DNA of 57,385 bases, taken from NCBI GenBank assembly GCA_030611805.1, contig JAUWPB010000003.1:1-57385 (forward strand), read 5' to 3'. The stretch comes from Nanobdellota archaeon. GTDB lineage: Archaea; Nanobdellota; Nanobdellia; Pacearchaeales; GW2011-AR1. The position numbers and the translations under genes are program-made. The notes beneath the pieces are model-generated. The model made no database searches, was not told the DNA's origin, and was given only the letters and a program-made list of their open reading frames with translations. Every line of letters starts with the position of its first letter. The first letter of the stretch is position 1. Of the stretch, positions 43,062 through 51,407 are shown piece by piece.

Positions 43062-44276
43062 TTATTTCTTTATTTTAGAATATAAGATTATTGCAGGAAT
43101 TAAAATAAATGAAGCAAGAAAAATAGTATTTTGAGGACCGATTTTGTCTGCACTAAATCCTGCTAAAGGGGCGGCAATAATTATCGATACTGAAGCCATC
43201 ATACTATCAAAAGAACTTATTGTTGCTCTCATTTTTCCAGGAACAAATTTTTGGAAATACATTAATCTTACTGGGCTATAAAAGTCATACATTGACATAT
43301 ATAATATGGAAAGGATCAAAGCAAAAATTAAAGTGTTAATAAATCCTGTTGCAAATAAAAATAATGCCATTAAAGATAAAACAGTAAAAAGATAATTTTT
43401 ATGACCTCCAAGTTTTGTAATTAACGATTTCGAAAAATAAGGGATAAAAATTCCAACAAACATGAGTGCTGAATAAAAGTAACCAAACCAATATTCTTGT
43501 AATCCTAAATCTTGAAGGAAAGGGAACCATGTTAGTTCCCCTGCAAAATTATTTACAAACACCATAACTATTGAAATTAATATTAAAGAAAAAATAGTTT
43601 GGTGTTTTAAAGAATAATTTACTGACTTTTTAGTATGTAAAAATAATTTTTTTGCGTGTTTTTTTAGGTGTTGCTTTTTTCTTACAAAGTGTTCTTTTCC
43701 AAATAAAAGAATTATTGAAGTTAAAATCATTGCCCCTCCTGTTACAAGCCAGATTATTTCAAGACCAAAATTTTTAACAAGTAATGCCCCAATAATTCCT
43801 GAAACTAAAAGAGCCATATTAATGAAACTATGTCGTTTAGTGAAAAACTCATGAATTAAACTTTTTCTTTTTTTATGTTTAAGTAAATCAATTATCCATG
43901 CTTCACCTGCTCCAGACATTAGTGTGCCAAAAGCACCCCAAAGAAAAAATAAAACTAAGATTAAATAAAAATCATGAATGAAAAATATAGAAAGTACTGC
44001 TATTCCTGAAAGAAATGCCCCTAAAATAACTGAAAATTTTCTTCCATAAACATCTGCAATAGCTCCTGTTGGAATTTCAAATAATACCATTGCTAATGCT
44101 GAAGCAGATGCAAAGAAACCAATTTGAGTTAAGGAAAGACCAATCCCTCTAAAATAAAGAATAGAAAAAGCTGGAATAATAAAAAGCATGGAAATTATTA
44201 ATGCATCAAAATAAAAAGGCCATAATAATTTAAGTTCATCTTTTTTAAAAAATTTCATCTTAATCCTCTCCCTCAT
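43062..44276 (-). CDS. MFS transporter
   Basis: About 12 predicted TM segments; GAIADVYGRK loop 2-3 motif. Confidence 0.85.
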   Translation of the reverse strand: MRERIKMKFFKKDELKLLWPFYFDALIISMLFIIPAFSILYFRGIGLSLTQIGFFASASALAMVLFEIPTGAIADVYGRKFSVILGAFLSGIAVLSIFFIHDFYLILVLFFLWGAFGTLMSGAGEAWIIDLLKHKKRKSLIHEFFTKRHSFINMALLVSGIIGALLVKNFGLEIIWLVTGGAMILTSIILLFGKEHFVRKKQHLKKHAKKLFLHTKKSVNYSLKHQTIFSLILISIVMVFVNNFAGELTWFPFLQDLGLQEYWFGYFYSALMFVGIFIPYFSKSLITKLGGHKNYLFTVLSLMALFLFATGFINTLIFALILSILYMSMYDFYSPVRLMYFQKFVPGKMRATISSFDSMMASVSIIIAAPLAGFSADKIGPQNTIFLASFILIPAIILYSKIKK

Positions 44277-44320
44277 TAAAAAATCAACACATTTAAATAT
44301 ATATTGAATTTATTAAAAAA

Positions 44321-45889
44321 ATGAGGTATAACATTCTTTTTGGGGGTGAAGCAGGTCAAGGTCCAAATATTCTTACACATATCTTGGGGGAAGCACTTGT
44401 GAATCAGGGTTATTATGTTTTTTATGCTCGGGATTACCAGTCATTGATAAGAAGAGGGCATAATTTTAATGTTTTAACTTTTTCAGATAAACCTATAAAC
44501 AGTAATGATGGCCAGATAGATATTTTAGTTGCACTTGATGAAAACACTAAAAAGATTCATAAAAAAGATTTAATAAAAAAAGGGATAATTTTAGATGGTA
44601 AACATGAGAACATGTATTCTGCCGGAAGATTATTTAAGATTCTTGGATTAGATTTTAAAATACTTGAGAATAAATTTAAAACACTTAAGCGGAGATTTGA
44701 GGAAAATATGAAAGAGGCAAAAGAAGGATATGCAAACGCAGAAAAGAAATTTGATTTGTCGCCAACTTCAAAGAACCAAAATTATTTTGCAAACGGAAGC
44801 CAGGCAGTTGCCCAGGGGGCAATAAAGTCCGGACTTGATTTTTATTATGCTTACCCCATGACTCCTGCCACCCCTGTTTTTATTGAGCTGGCAAAACAGC
44901 AAACCAAAAATAAATTTTACACTTTTGAATTAGAAAACGAGGTCGCTGTAATCAATGCTGCTGTTGGCAGTTCTATTACCGGAGCAAAAACAATGGTTGG
45001 GACTTCAGGCGGAGGATTTGATCTTATGACAGAAACATTCAGTTTAATAGGCATCGCAAATATCCCAATGGTAATCTACTTGGCACAAAGACACGGACCT
45101 GCAACAGGGGCAGCAACTTACACTGGTCAGGAAGACCTGAACACAGCAAGACACTCGGGACATGGCGAATTTCCAAAACTTGTTGTAGCAGGAGGCGACC
45201 CAACAGAACTAGAAGAATTGACAAGTCAGGCATTTTATTTTTCACAAAAATACAAAATACCTTCAATAATATTAAGTGACAAACATTTAGCTGAAAGTGC
45301 ATACACCTCAACAACTAAGGCCAAAATAACACCTTCACTAAAATCAACTAAATTAGCAAAATATAATAGCAAGGATACAGACAAAAATCAAAGTGCTACA
45401 TCAAGAGCAGACATGATAAAAGCAAATGTGGAAAAGAGGTTGCAAAAAACTATTGAAATAATAAAAGAAGCAAAGAAATTTAATATGTACAAAGTTTACG
45501 GCAACAAAAATTCAAACAATGTAATTGTAAGTTGGGGCTCTCCGAAAGGGGCGATTCTTGATGCAATGAAGGGAATCACACCTTGCTCATCAAAGATGAG
45601 CGATGATTTAAAAAAATCATCTAAAGGGGCAATTCTTGATGCTACAAAAGATTTAGATTGTAAGTTTGTCCAAATACTTTACATTGAACCTTTCCCAACA
45701 GAAATAAAAAAAGAACTAAAAGGAAAAAACTTAATCTTAATTGAGAATAATGCAACAGCACAATTAGGAAGTTTGATTGCTGAGAAAACCGGAATTTTTA
45801 TTGAGAATAAAAATAAAATTTTAAGATATGACGGAAGACCGTTTTTATGTGATGAGTTGAAAAAAGAAATTGTCAGGAGGTTGGGATGA
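44321..45889 (+). CDS. 2-oxoacid:ferredoxin oxidoreductase, fused gamma-alpha subunit
   Basis: Gamma-like GGEAGQGPNILTHILG at the N-terminus, then alpha-like GSQAVAQGAIKSGLDFYYAYPMTPATP. Confidence 0.9.
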   Translation: MRYNILFGGEAGQGPNILTHILGEALVNQGYYVFYARDYQSLIRRGHNFNVLTFSDKPINSNDGQIDILVALDENTKKIHKKDLIKKGIILDGKHENMYSAGRLFKILGLDFKILENKFKTLKRRFEENMKEAKEGYANAEKKFDLSPTSKNQNYFANGSQAVAQGAIKSGLDFYYAYPMTPATPVFIELAKQQTKNKFYTFELENEVAVINAAVGSSITGAKTMVGTSGGGFDLMTETFSLIGIANIPMVIYLAQRHGPATGAATYTGQEDLNTARHSGHGEFPKLVVAGGDPTELEELTSQAFYFSQKYKIPSIILSDKHLAESAYTSTTKAKITPSLKSTKLAKYNSKDTDKNQSATSRADMIKANVEKRLQKTIEIIKEAKKFNMYKVYGNKNSNNVIVSWGSPKGAILDAMKGITPCSSKMSDDLKKSSKGAILDATKDLDCKFVQILYIEPFPTEIKKELKGKNLILIENNATAQLGSLIAEKTGIFIENKNKILRYDGRPFLCDELKKEIVRRLG

Positions 45890-46317
45890 AAATAAGAAAA
45901 GCTACAAAGAAAGATATGGAGAAATTACTTGAAATTGGAAAATCAATAAAAGAATTTAAAGTTGATAAAAAAGAAAATGTTTTTTGGTCAAAGAAACAAT
46001 TATTAAATTGGGTTAAATCAAAAAAAGATATTATTTTAATTGCTGCAGAAAATAAACAAATTGTTGGATTTATTATGTTTGCTCACCATGTGCCTACTGG
46101 AAAAGTTATTCTTGAAAATGTGTGGGTTAACCAAGGATTAAGAAGGAAAAATATTGCTGGAAAATTAATTAAAAAGGGTTTATCTCAATTAAAGAAAAAA
46201 GGAGCAGTTTATTTATGTGCTTCGGCAAAGATAAATAACTTCGCTTCAATTAAATTTTTAGAAAAGAATAAATTTATGAGAGGGTTTGATTTTTCATGGT
46301 TACACCGGAAAATATAA
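45886..46317 (+). CDS. GNAT-family N-acetyltransferase (inside the OFOR operon)
   Basis: VWVNQGLRRKNIAGKLIKKGLSQLKKKG motif A. ATGA overlap with the alpha subunit; AGGAGG SD. Confidence 0.78.
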   Translation: MKIRKATKKDMEKLLEIGKSIKEFKVDKKENVFWSKKQLLNWVKSKKDIILIAAENKQIVGFIMFAHHVPTGKVILENVWVNQGLRRKNIAGKLIKKGLSQLKKKGAVYLCASAKINNFASIKFLEKNKFMRGFDFSWLHRKI

Positions 46318-46318
46318 A

Positions 46319-47071
46319 ATGGCAAAGAAAAAACAAATACAAACAAATGAATTTTTTGATATTAATAAATTTCCTGCGTCAGAGGGAATGCTGGTCTTTG
46401 GAATATCTATGAATCTAATTAGCAATTCTCAGAATGCAACAAGATGTTTTAATTATGTTAAAGAATTAGTAAAAAAAATGGAATACCCTTATATTGGTCT
46501 GACCTTTTTATATTCAGATAATCTTTACCTTTATCAAAAAGCAAATGCTGCAGAATTAAATAAAAAACACCAAAAATTAATTCTTGATCATAAAAACGGT
46601 TTTAAAAAAATACTTGATAAAAATAAGTGGTACATAAGAGATTCCTTTAGTTTTATTTCATGGAATCAGGCAATTCTTGAATCAAAGAATTTTACAAATT
46701 ATCTTGGACAGATAAAAAAATTATATGCAAAAGATTCACAATTTCAAAAATATGTTAAAGAAGATATAAAAAATATGAATAGAAAAATTACAAAACTGAA
46801 TATTTTATTCATCTTAGAAGAATTACTGATTTTTTATCTTGTATCTAAAGGAGAAATTAAATTTTCAAACAAATTTCTCAATGGTAAAGAGAAATGGGTT
46901 TTATGGTGTTATCCTGGCCCCCCTTTAAAATCAGAAATTTACTTATTCAAAAAAAATATTTTTCAACTCAAAAATACTAAAAATGTATATGAAAATTGTT
47001 ATTATGATTTGAAGGCAAAGAAACTGTATGATTATAACAAAGTAAACTTAAGCTCCATAAAACTAAAATGA
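46319..47071 (+). CDS. cyclodipeptide synthase (CDPS)-like protein, XYP-type motifs
   Basis: MLVFGISMNLISNS vs AlbC/YvmC (V/I)GIS..N; FILEEL vs Y..(A)E; LWCYPG vs CYH/AYH; middle helix pattern Y..L...Y..D..F..YV.ED. ATGA overlap with the beta subunit. Confidence 0.5.
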   Translation: MAKKKQIQTNEFFDINKFPASEGMLVFGISMNLISNSQNATRCFNYVKELVKKMEYPYIGLTFLYSDNLYLYQKANAAELNKKHQKLILDHKNGFKKILDKNKWYIRDSFSFISWNQAILESKNFTNYLGQIKKLYAKDSQFQKYVKEDIKNMNRKITKLNILFILEELLIFYLVSKGEIKFSNKFLNGKEKWVLWCYPGPPLKSEIYLFKKNIFQLKNTKNVYENCYYDLKAKKLYDYNKVNLSSIKLK

Positions 47072-47850
47072 CAAACTTATCAACTTCTGCTAAAATAACA
47101 TGGTGTCCTAAATGTTATAATTTCCAGATACTTGAAGGTGTGAAAAAAGTTCTTGAAAGAAAAATTAAATCAGAAAAAGACAGGCAAAAATATGCAATTG
47201 TTTCTGGAATTGGTTGTCATGCAAAGATTTTTGATTATCTGAATTTAAATGGAATTAATACTTTGCATGGAAGAGTTTTGCCAATGTGTCTTGGAATGAA
47301 AATCGCGAGACCTGACCTGACAGTTATTGGTTTCTCCGGGGATGGAGATGCTTATGCAGAAGGCATGGAACATTTAATTCACACTGCAAGATATAATTCT
47401 AATTTCAAATACATTGTTCACAATAATCAGGTTTTTGCTTTAACAGTAGGACAGCCAACTCCAACAACTGAAATCGGATTTAAAGGCAAGACAATTCCTC
47501 AGGGAGTTAAACTCCCTCCGCTCAATCCAATAAAATTAATGCTTGCTTCTGGAGCAACTTTTGTTGCGAGAGTTTTTGCAGATTCTAAGCAAGTTGAGTA
47601 TGTTTTAAAACAGGCATTAAAACACAAAGGATTTGCGTTTATTGAAGTTCTACAACCCTGTATTATTTTCCACCCTGATGCAGGTTACAAAGAAAAAACT
47701 TATTCATTAGAAAAAACAAAACATGACAAATCCAATTTTAGACAGGCATGGAAAAAAGCAGAAGAGTTTGATTATAACACAATAAAAAAAATTCCTGTAG
47801 GAATTTTTTATCAAACTAAAAAACCTGTTTTTGAAGAAGTTGTTAAGTAG
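47068..47850 (+). CDS. 2-oxoacid:ferredoxin oxidoreductase, beta (TPP-binding) subunit
   Basis: TWCPKC, GIGCHAK, GFSGDGDAYAEGMEHLIHTARYN, NNQVFALTVGQ. Confidence 0.92.
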   Translation: MTNLSTSAKITWCPKCYNFQILEGVKKVLERKIKSEKDRQKYAIVSGIGCHAKIFDYLNLNGINTLHGRVLPMCLGMKIARPDLTVIGFSGDGDAYAEGMEHLIHTARYNSNFKYIVHNNQVFALTVGQPTPTTEIGFKGKTIPQGVKLPPLNPIKLMLASGATFVARVFADSKQVEYVLKQALKHKGFAFIEVLQPCIIFHPDAGYKEKTYSLEKTKHDKSNFRQAWKKAEEFDYNTIKKIPVGIFYQTKKPVFEEVVK

Positions 47851-47923
47851 AGAGTTGAAAGATAATAACTCCTAAGTAGTAACTGATAGAAAGATTTAAA
47901 TAGAACTAATTCTTTAGTAGAAT

Positions 47924-48358
47924 ATGAAAACAAAAGTTATTGCATTAGATGTATATGGAACTATGCTCTCTACAATTGGGGAAGGATTACCCAAAAGAAA
48001 GGGATTAAGTTCATTATTAAAAAGGCTTAAAGAAGGAAGATTAACTTTGTGTACTTGTTCAGATGCCAATACTTATAATGTAAAAAAGGACTTGTCAGAA
48101 TCAGGGGTAGATTTAAAATATTTTGATAAGTATTTTAAAATGCCAAGGCAACAAGGAGATTTTACTAAACAACCTAAAAATTTCAACCCCATATTAAAAC
48201 ACTATGATTTAACTCCAAAAGAATTATTAATTATAGGCGACAGAAAAGAAAGAGATATTATTCCTGCTCAAAAATTAGGATGCAAAGCAATTCTTGTTCC
48301 AGAATATTATGGAAAAAATGACAATAATTTTAATATAAATAATATTAAGGTCTTTTAA
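47924..48358 (+). CDS. HAD-superfamily hydrolase
   Basis: Motif I ALDVYGT (DxYGT type) and late motif IGDRKERDI. Confidence 0.68.
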   Translation: MKTKVIALDVYGTMLSTIGEGLPKRKGLSSLLKRLKEGRLTLCTCSDANTYNVKKDLSESGVDLKYFDKYFKMPRQQGDFTKQPKNFNPILKHYDLTPKELLIIGDRKERDIIPAQKLGCKAILVPEYYGKNDNNFNINNIKVF

Positions 48359-48359
48359 A

Positions 48360-48854
48360 ATGAAAATTATCTTTATCAGAGGAGTTCCTGGCACAGGCAA
48401 AACAATTGTTGCTAAATCTATTAAAGAAAGCTTACCAAATTCTGAAATTATTTGTGTGGATGATTTTAAAATTAAAGCAATGAAAAAAGGCACGGGTATT
48501 GATGAATCACGAAAAATTGCTTATAAACAAACCTTGAAAAAATTAAATTTATTTCACAAACAAAATAAAAATTATATTATATTAGAAGAACTAATCTGCG
48601 ATAGAAATTTCTTAGAAAATTTAATTGAATTTTTAAACAAAACAAAATCTCATGCTTATTGGTTTAGACTTATGAGACCAATTAAAAAACTTTTAGAAAT
48701 AGAATCTAACAGAAATAGAAAAATCAAAAACACCCAGGAAGATTTATTTAAACTAAAACAAGACATAGAATCTCTTAAAATCAAAGATGAATATTTAATT
48801 AAAAATGATGATTTGGCTTTGACTATTAAAAAAATTTTGGATATTGTCTGTTAA
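48360..48854 (+). CDS. P-loop NTPase / small kinase-like protein
   Basis: Walker A IRGVPGTGKTIVAKS. Confidence 0.62.
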   Translation: MKIIFIRGVPGTGKTIVAKSIKESLPNSEIICVDDFKIKAMKKGTGIDESRKIAYKQTLKKLNLFHKQNKNYIILEELICDRNFLENLIEFLNKTKSHAYWFRLMRPIKKLLEIESNRNRKIKNTQEDLFKLKQDIESLKIKDEYLIKNDDLALTIKKILDIVC

Positions 48855-48857
48855 GTA

Positions 48858-49250
48858 CTAAATAAATAACCTGTTCAAAAAATTCATTACATCTGATTTA
48901 AATATAAAAATACTTGCTAAAGTTCCAAGTAAAATAATTAAAATAAATATGAAAAGAAAAAGAACCAGTTTTTGTTTGAGTTTAGTTGGCTCTTGCCCAT
49001 AGCCTGAAACTTTTTGAATTGTTTTAACTGGTTGTAATATTTGTTTTTTTGGTTGCGGGATAAATTTTTTATGTTGAGCTGGTTGTGTCTGCTGAGGTCT
49101 CTGTATTTGCAACAAAGTTCTTGCAGCATTTTCAATATTTTCTTTTTTATAACCCGCATTATGAAAACTTATCATAGATTGTTTAAGAGATTCTCCTTTA
49201 GATATGGCTAATTTTAATCCCCCTAAAATATCTTGTTTTATCATAAACAA
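48858..49250 (-). CDS. hypothetical protein with Q/P-rich linker and C-terminal TM segment
   Basis: LVLFLFIFILIILLGTLASIFIF near the C-terminus. Confidence 0.5.
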   Translation of the reverse strand: MFMIKQDILGGLKLAISKGESLKQSMISFHNAGYKKENIENAARTLLQIQRPQQTQPAQHKKFIPQPKKQILQPVKTIQKVSGYGQEPTKLKQKLVLFLFIFILIILLGTLASIFIFKSDVMNFLNRLFI

Positions 49251-49348
49251 TTAAAGAATGTTTGATTTAAAAAATGTTTGGAGGAGATTAAGATTGTTGT
49301 TATAACTGATTATATAAATTCTTATAAAGTCTCAAAAAAAGCTTTATT

Positions 49349-49690
49349 ATGGAAAAAATATGTCATATCTATAAACATATACATTTTGAATACATAAATC
49401 CTAAAGCCCTTGAACAAAATTTATATGCTGTTGTAAAGATTTCAAAAGTTAAAAAAGATAAAGGAAGACATAGGTTTAAATTTGAACAGCTTTGTTTGCA
49501 TGGCAGCCATATTAAACGAATATTTCTTAAAAACCCTGAAATGAAATCAGCAATAAATTTTACAAAACCAAATGAAATACCCAGTTATGAATCATATGTT
49601 GATAGTGTAAAAACTCCTGTAGAGATAGTTAGAAGAGACTTAAATCTGCATGAAATAGATTATGTTTTAGATGTTTTGCGAGGAATATAA
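49349..49690 (+). CDS. hypothetical protein (113 aa)
   Basis: ORF only. Confidence 0.5.
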   Translation: MEKICHIYKHIHFEYINPKALEQNLYAVVKISKVKKDKGRHRFKFEQLCLHGSHIKRIFLKNPEMKSAINFTKPNEIPSYESYVDSVKTPVEIVRRDLNLHEIDYVLDVLRGI

Positions 49691-49692
49691 TC

Positions 49693-51036
49693 TCACAACT
49701 TCAACTTCTGCCCATCCTGCATTAAATGACATTCTTTTCCAGCTCTGTATCCCATTTCTCTTGCAAGTTCAATCATTGGTGTGAGTTGTTGCGTTGAACC
49801 ATGAGCAGGAATTATGTGTTCAGGATTTATTATAGAAAGTAAATCTCTTAAATCTTCTCTTCCTCCATGACCAGAAACATGCACTTCGTCAAATAATCTT
49901 ACTCCGGACTTTTTAAAACGTTTGTCCATGTGCCCTTTGTTTGCTTCATTTACCGGCGTGGGAATTGTTTTTGAAGAGAATATAATATTATCATTTGACT
50001 TAAATTCAAAAGCCAGTTTCCTTCTTGCAAGTCTGTCTAAGATACTCCCTGGTTCGCCCTGATGACCTGTGCAAATAACCAAAGCATTTTCCCGGTTTTT
50101 ATTTACTTTTTTTAAAATTGATTCTACCTGCTTTTTATAACTTCCAATAAAAATATCTTTGTAAAAAGGGCACATTCCAACCTCTTTGGCAGCTGAAATA
50201 TATTTATTCATACTTCTTCCAAGAACATAGATTTTTCGGTTTAATTTTTTTCCAAAATCAACAATGCTTTTTAATCTGGCAATATGCGATGAAAATGTTG
50301 CCACAAAAATTGCTGACCGCTCATTTTTTACTGTCATTAAAACTTCTTCGAGCAAAACCCTTGCCACTTTCTCGCTTGGGGTTTTTCTTTCTGAACCAGA
50401 ATAAAGCGAATCAACTATCAAAGCTTTGACGCCTTGTTTTGCAATTCTTTTCAGAGCAGTATAATTTGGAGGCAATCCAAGAACAGGGGTATTGTCAAGT
50501 TTGAAATCATTTGCATAAAGCACAACTCCCTCGGGCGTGTGCAATGCAATCATTGATGTCTGGATAGTAGAATGTGTTATGTTAATAAATTCAGCCTCAT
50601 AATTTCTTTTTTTCCCTTTAATCATAAAAGAAGAATTAGGATTTACTGTCTTTATTTGATTCGGTATTTTTATTTTATCGTCCTGCATAATTTTTTTCAG
50701 GACAGTTGTTGTGAAAGGTGTCCCTACAACAGGAGCATTATATCTGTATCCTAAATAAGGAACTGCTCCAACATGGTCTAAGTGCGCGTGCCCCAAAAGT
50801 ATTGCTCTAACTTTATTTCTTAAGCCAAGTTTATCAAGAAGCAAATCATCAGGCAATGCACCAATACTTCTTAATTTTTTTTCAGAATAAGTCTGGGGTT
50901 GATTTTCTTCTTCCTGAAGCTCAATAACCGCAGGCAAATAAATCCCAGCGTCAAACATAACTGCATCGTCGCCTGTCTGCACAACAGTCATATTTTTCCC
51001 GACTTCATTAAATCCTCCAATTGTATGAATTTCCAT
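49693..51036 (-). CDS. rnj: ribonuclease J (metallo-beta-lactamase / beta-CASP)
   Basis: MEIHTIGGFNEVGKNMT, LLGHAHLDHVGA, C-terminal VSGHGGREDL and PAHG. Confidence 0.87.
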   Translation of the reverse strand: MEIHTIGGFNEVGKNMTVVQTGDDAVMFDAGIYLPAVIELQEEENQPQTYSEKKLRSIGALPDDLLLDKLGLRNKVRAILLGHAHLDHVGAVPYLGYRYNAPVVGTPFTTTVLKKIMQDDKIKIPNQIKTVNPNSSFMIKGKKRNYEAEFINITHSTIQTSMIALHTPEGVVLYANDFKLDNTPVLGLPPNYTALKRIAKQGVKALIVDSLYSGSERKTPSEKVARVLLEEVLMTVKNERSAIFVATFSSHIARLKSIVDFGKKLNRKIYVLGRSMNKYISAAKEVGMCPFYKDIFIGSYKKQVESILKKVNKNRENALVICTGHQGEPGSILDRLARRKLAFEFKSNDNIIFSSKTIPTPVNEANKGHMDKRFKKSGVRLFDEVHVSGHGGREDLRDLLSIINPEHIIPAHGSTQQLTPMIELAREMGYRAGKECHLMQDGQKLKL

Positions 51037-51116
51037 TTTCTCTTTTACAATTATTAGCATTCTTAGTTTAAAAATGTTTTAGAAAGGTTTTTATGTTTAT
51101 TTTTAATGTAATTATT

Positions 51117-51407
51117 ATGAAAACGAAAAAAGGTGCCAGAAAAATATTTTATATAATAATTGCTTTATTATTTTTGGGCGTTTTAATTTATCTCATTCTT
51201 CAAAATAAAGAAGCTGAAGGAGAATGCTCTCTTGATGAAGATTGTGTTCCTGCGTCATGTTGTCATCCTGATTCTTGCGTGCCTAAATCCCAAACACCTG
51301 ATTGTTCTAATATGTTTTGCACAATGGAATGTAAACCTGAAACAATGGATTGCGGTCAGGGAGAATGCAAATGTATCAAAGGAAAATGCGAGGCAATTAT
51401 GAAATGA
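51117..51407 (+). CDS. membrane-anchored Cys-rich miniprotein (14 Cys in about 60 aa ectodomain)
   Basis: TM IFYIIIALLFLGVLIYLIL, then ECSLDEDCVPASCCHPDSCVPKSQTPDCSNMFCTMECKPETMDCGQGECKCIKGKCE. Confidence 0.6.
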   Translation: MKTKKGARKIFYIIIALLFLGVLIYLILQNKEAEGECSLDEDCVPASCCHPDSCVPKSQTPDCSNMFCTMECKPETMDCGQGECKCIKGKCEAIMK

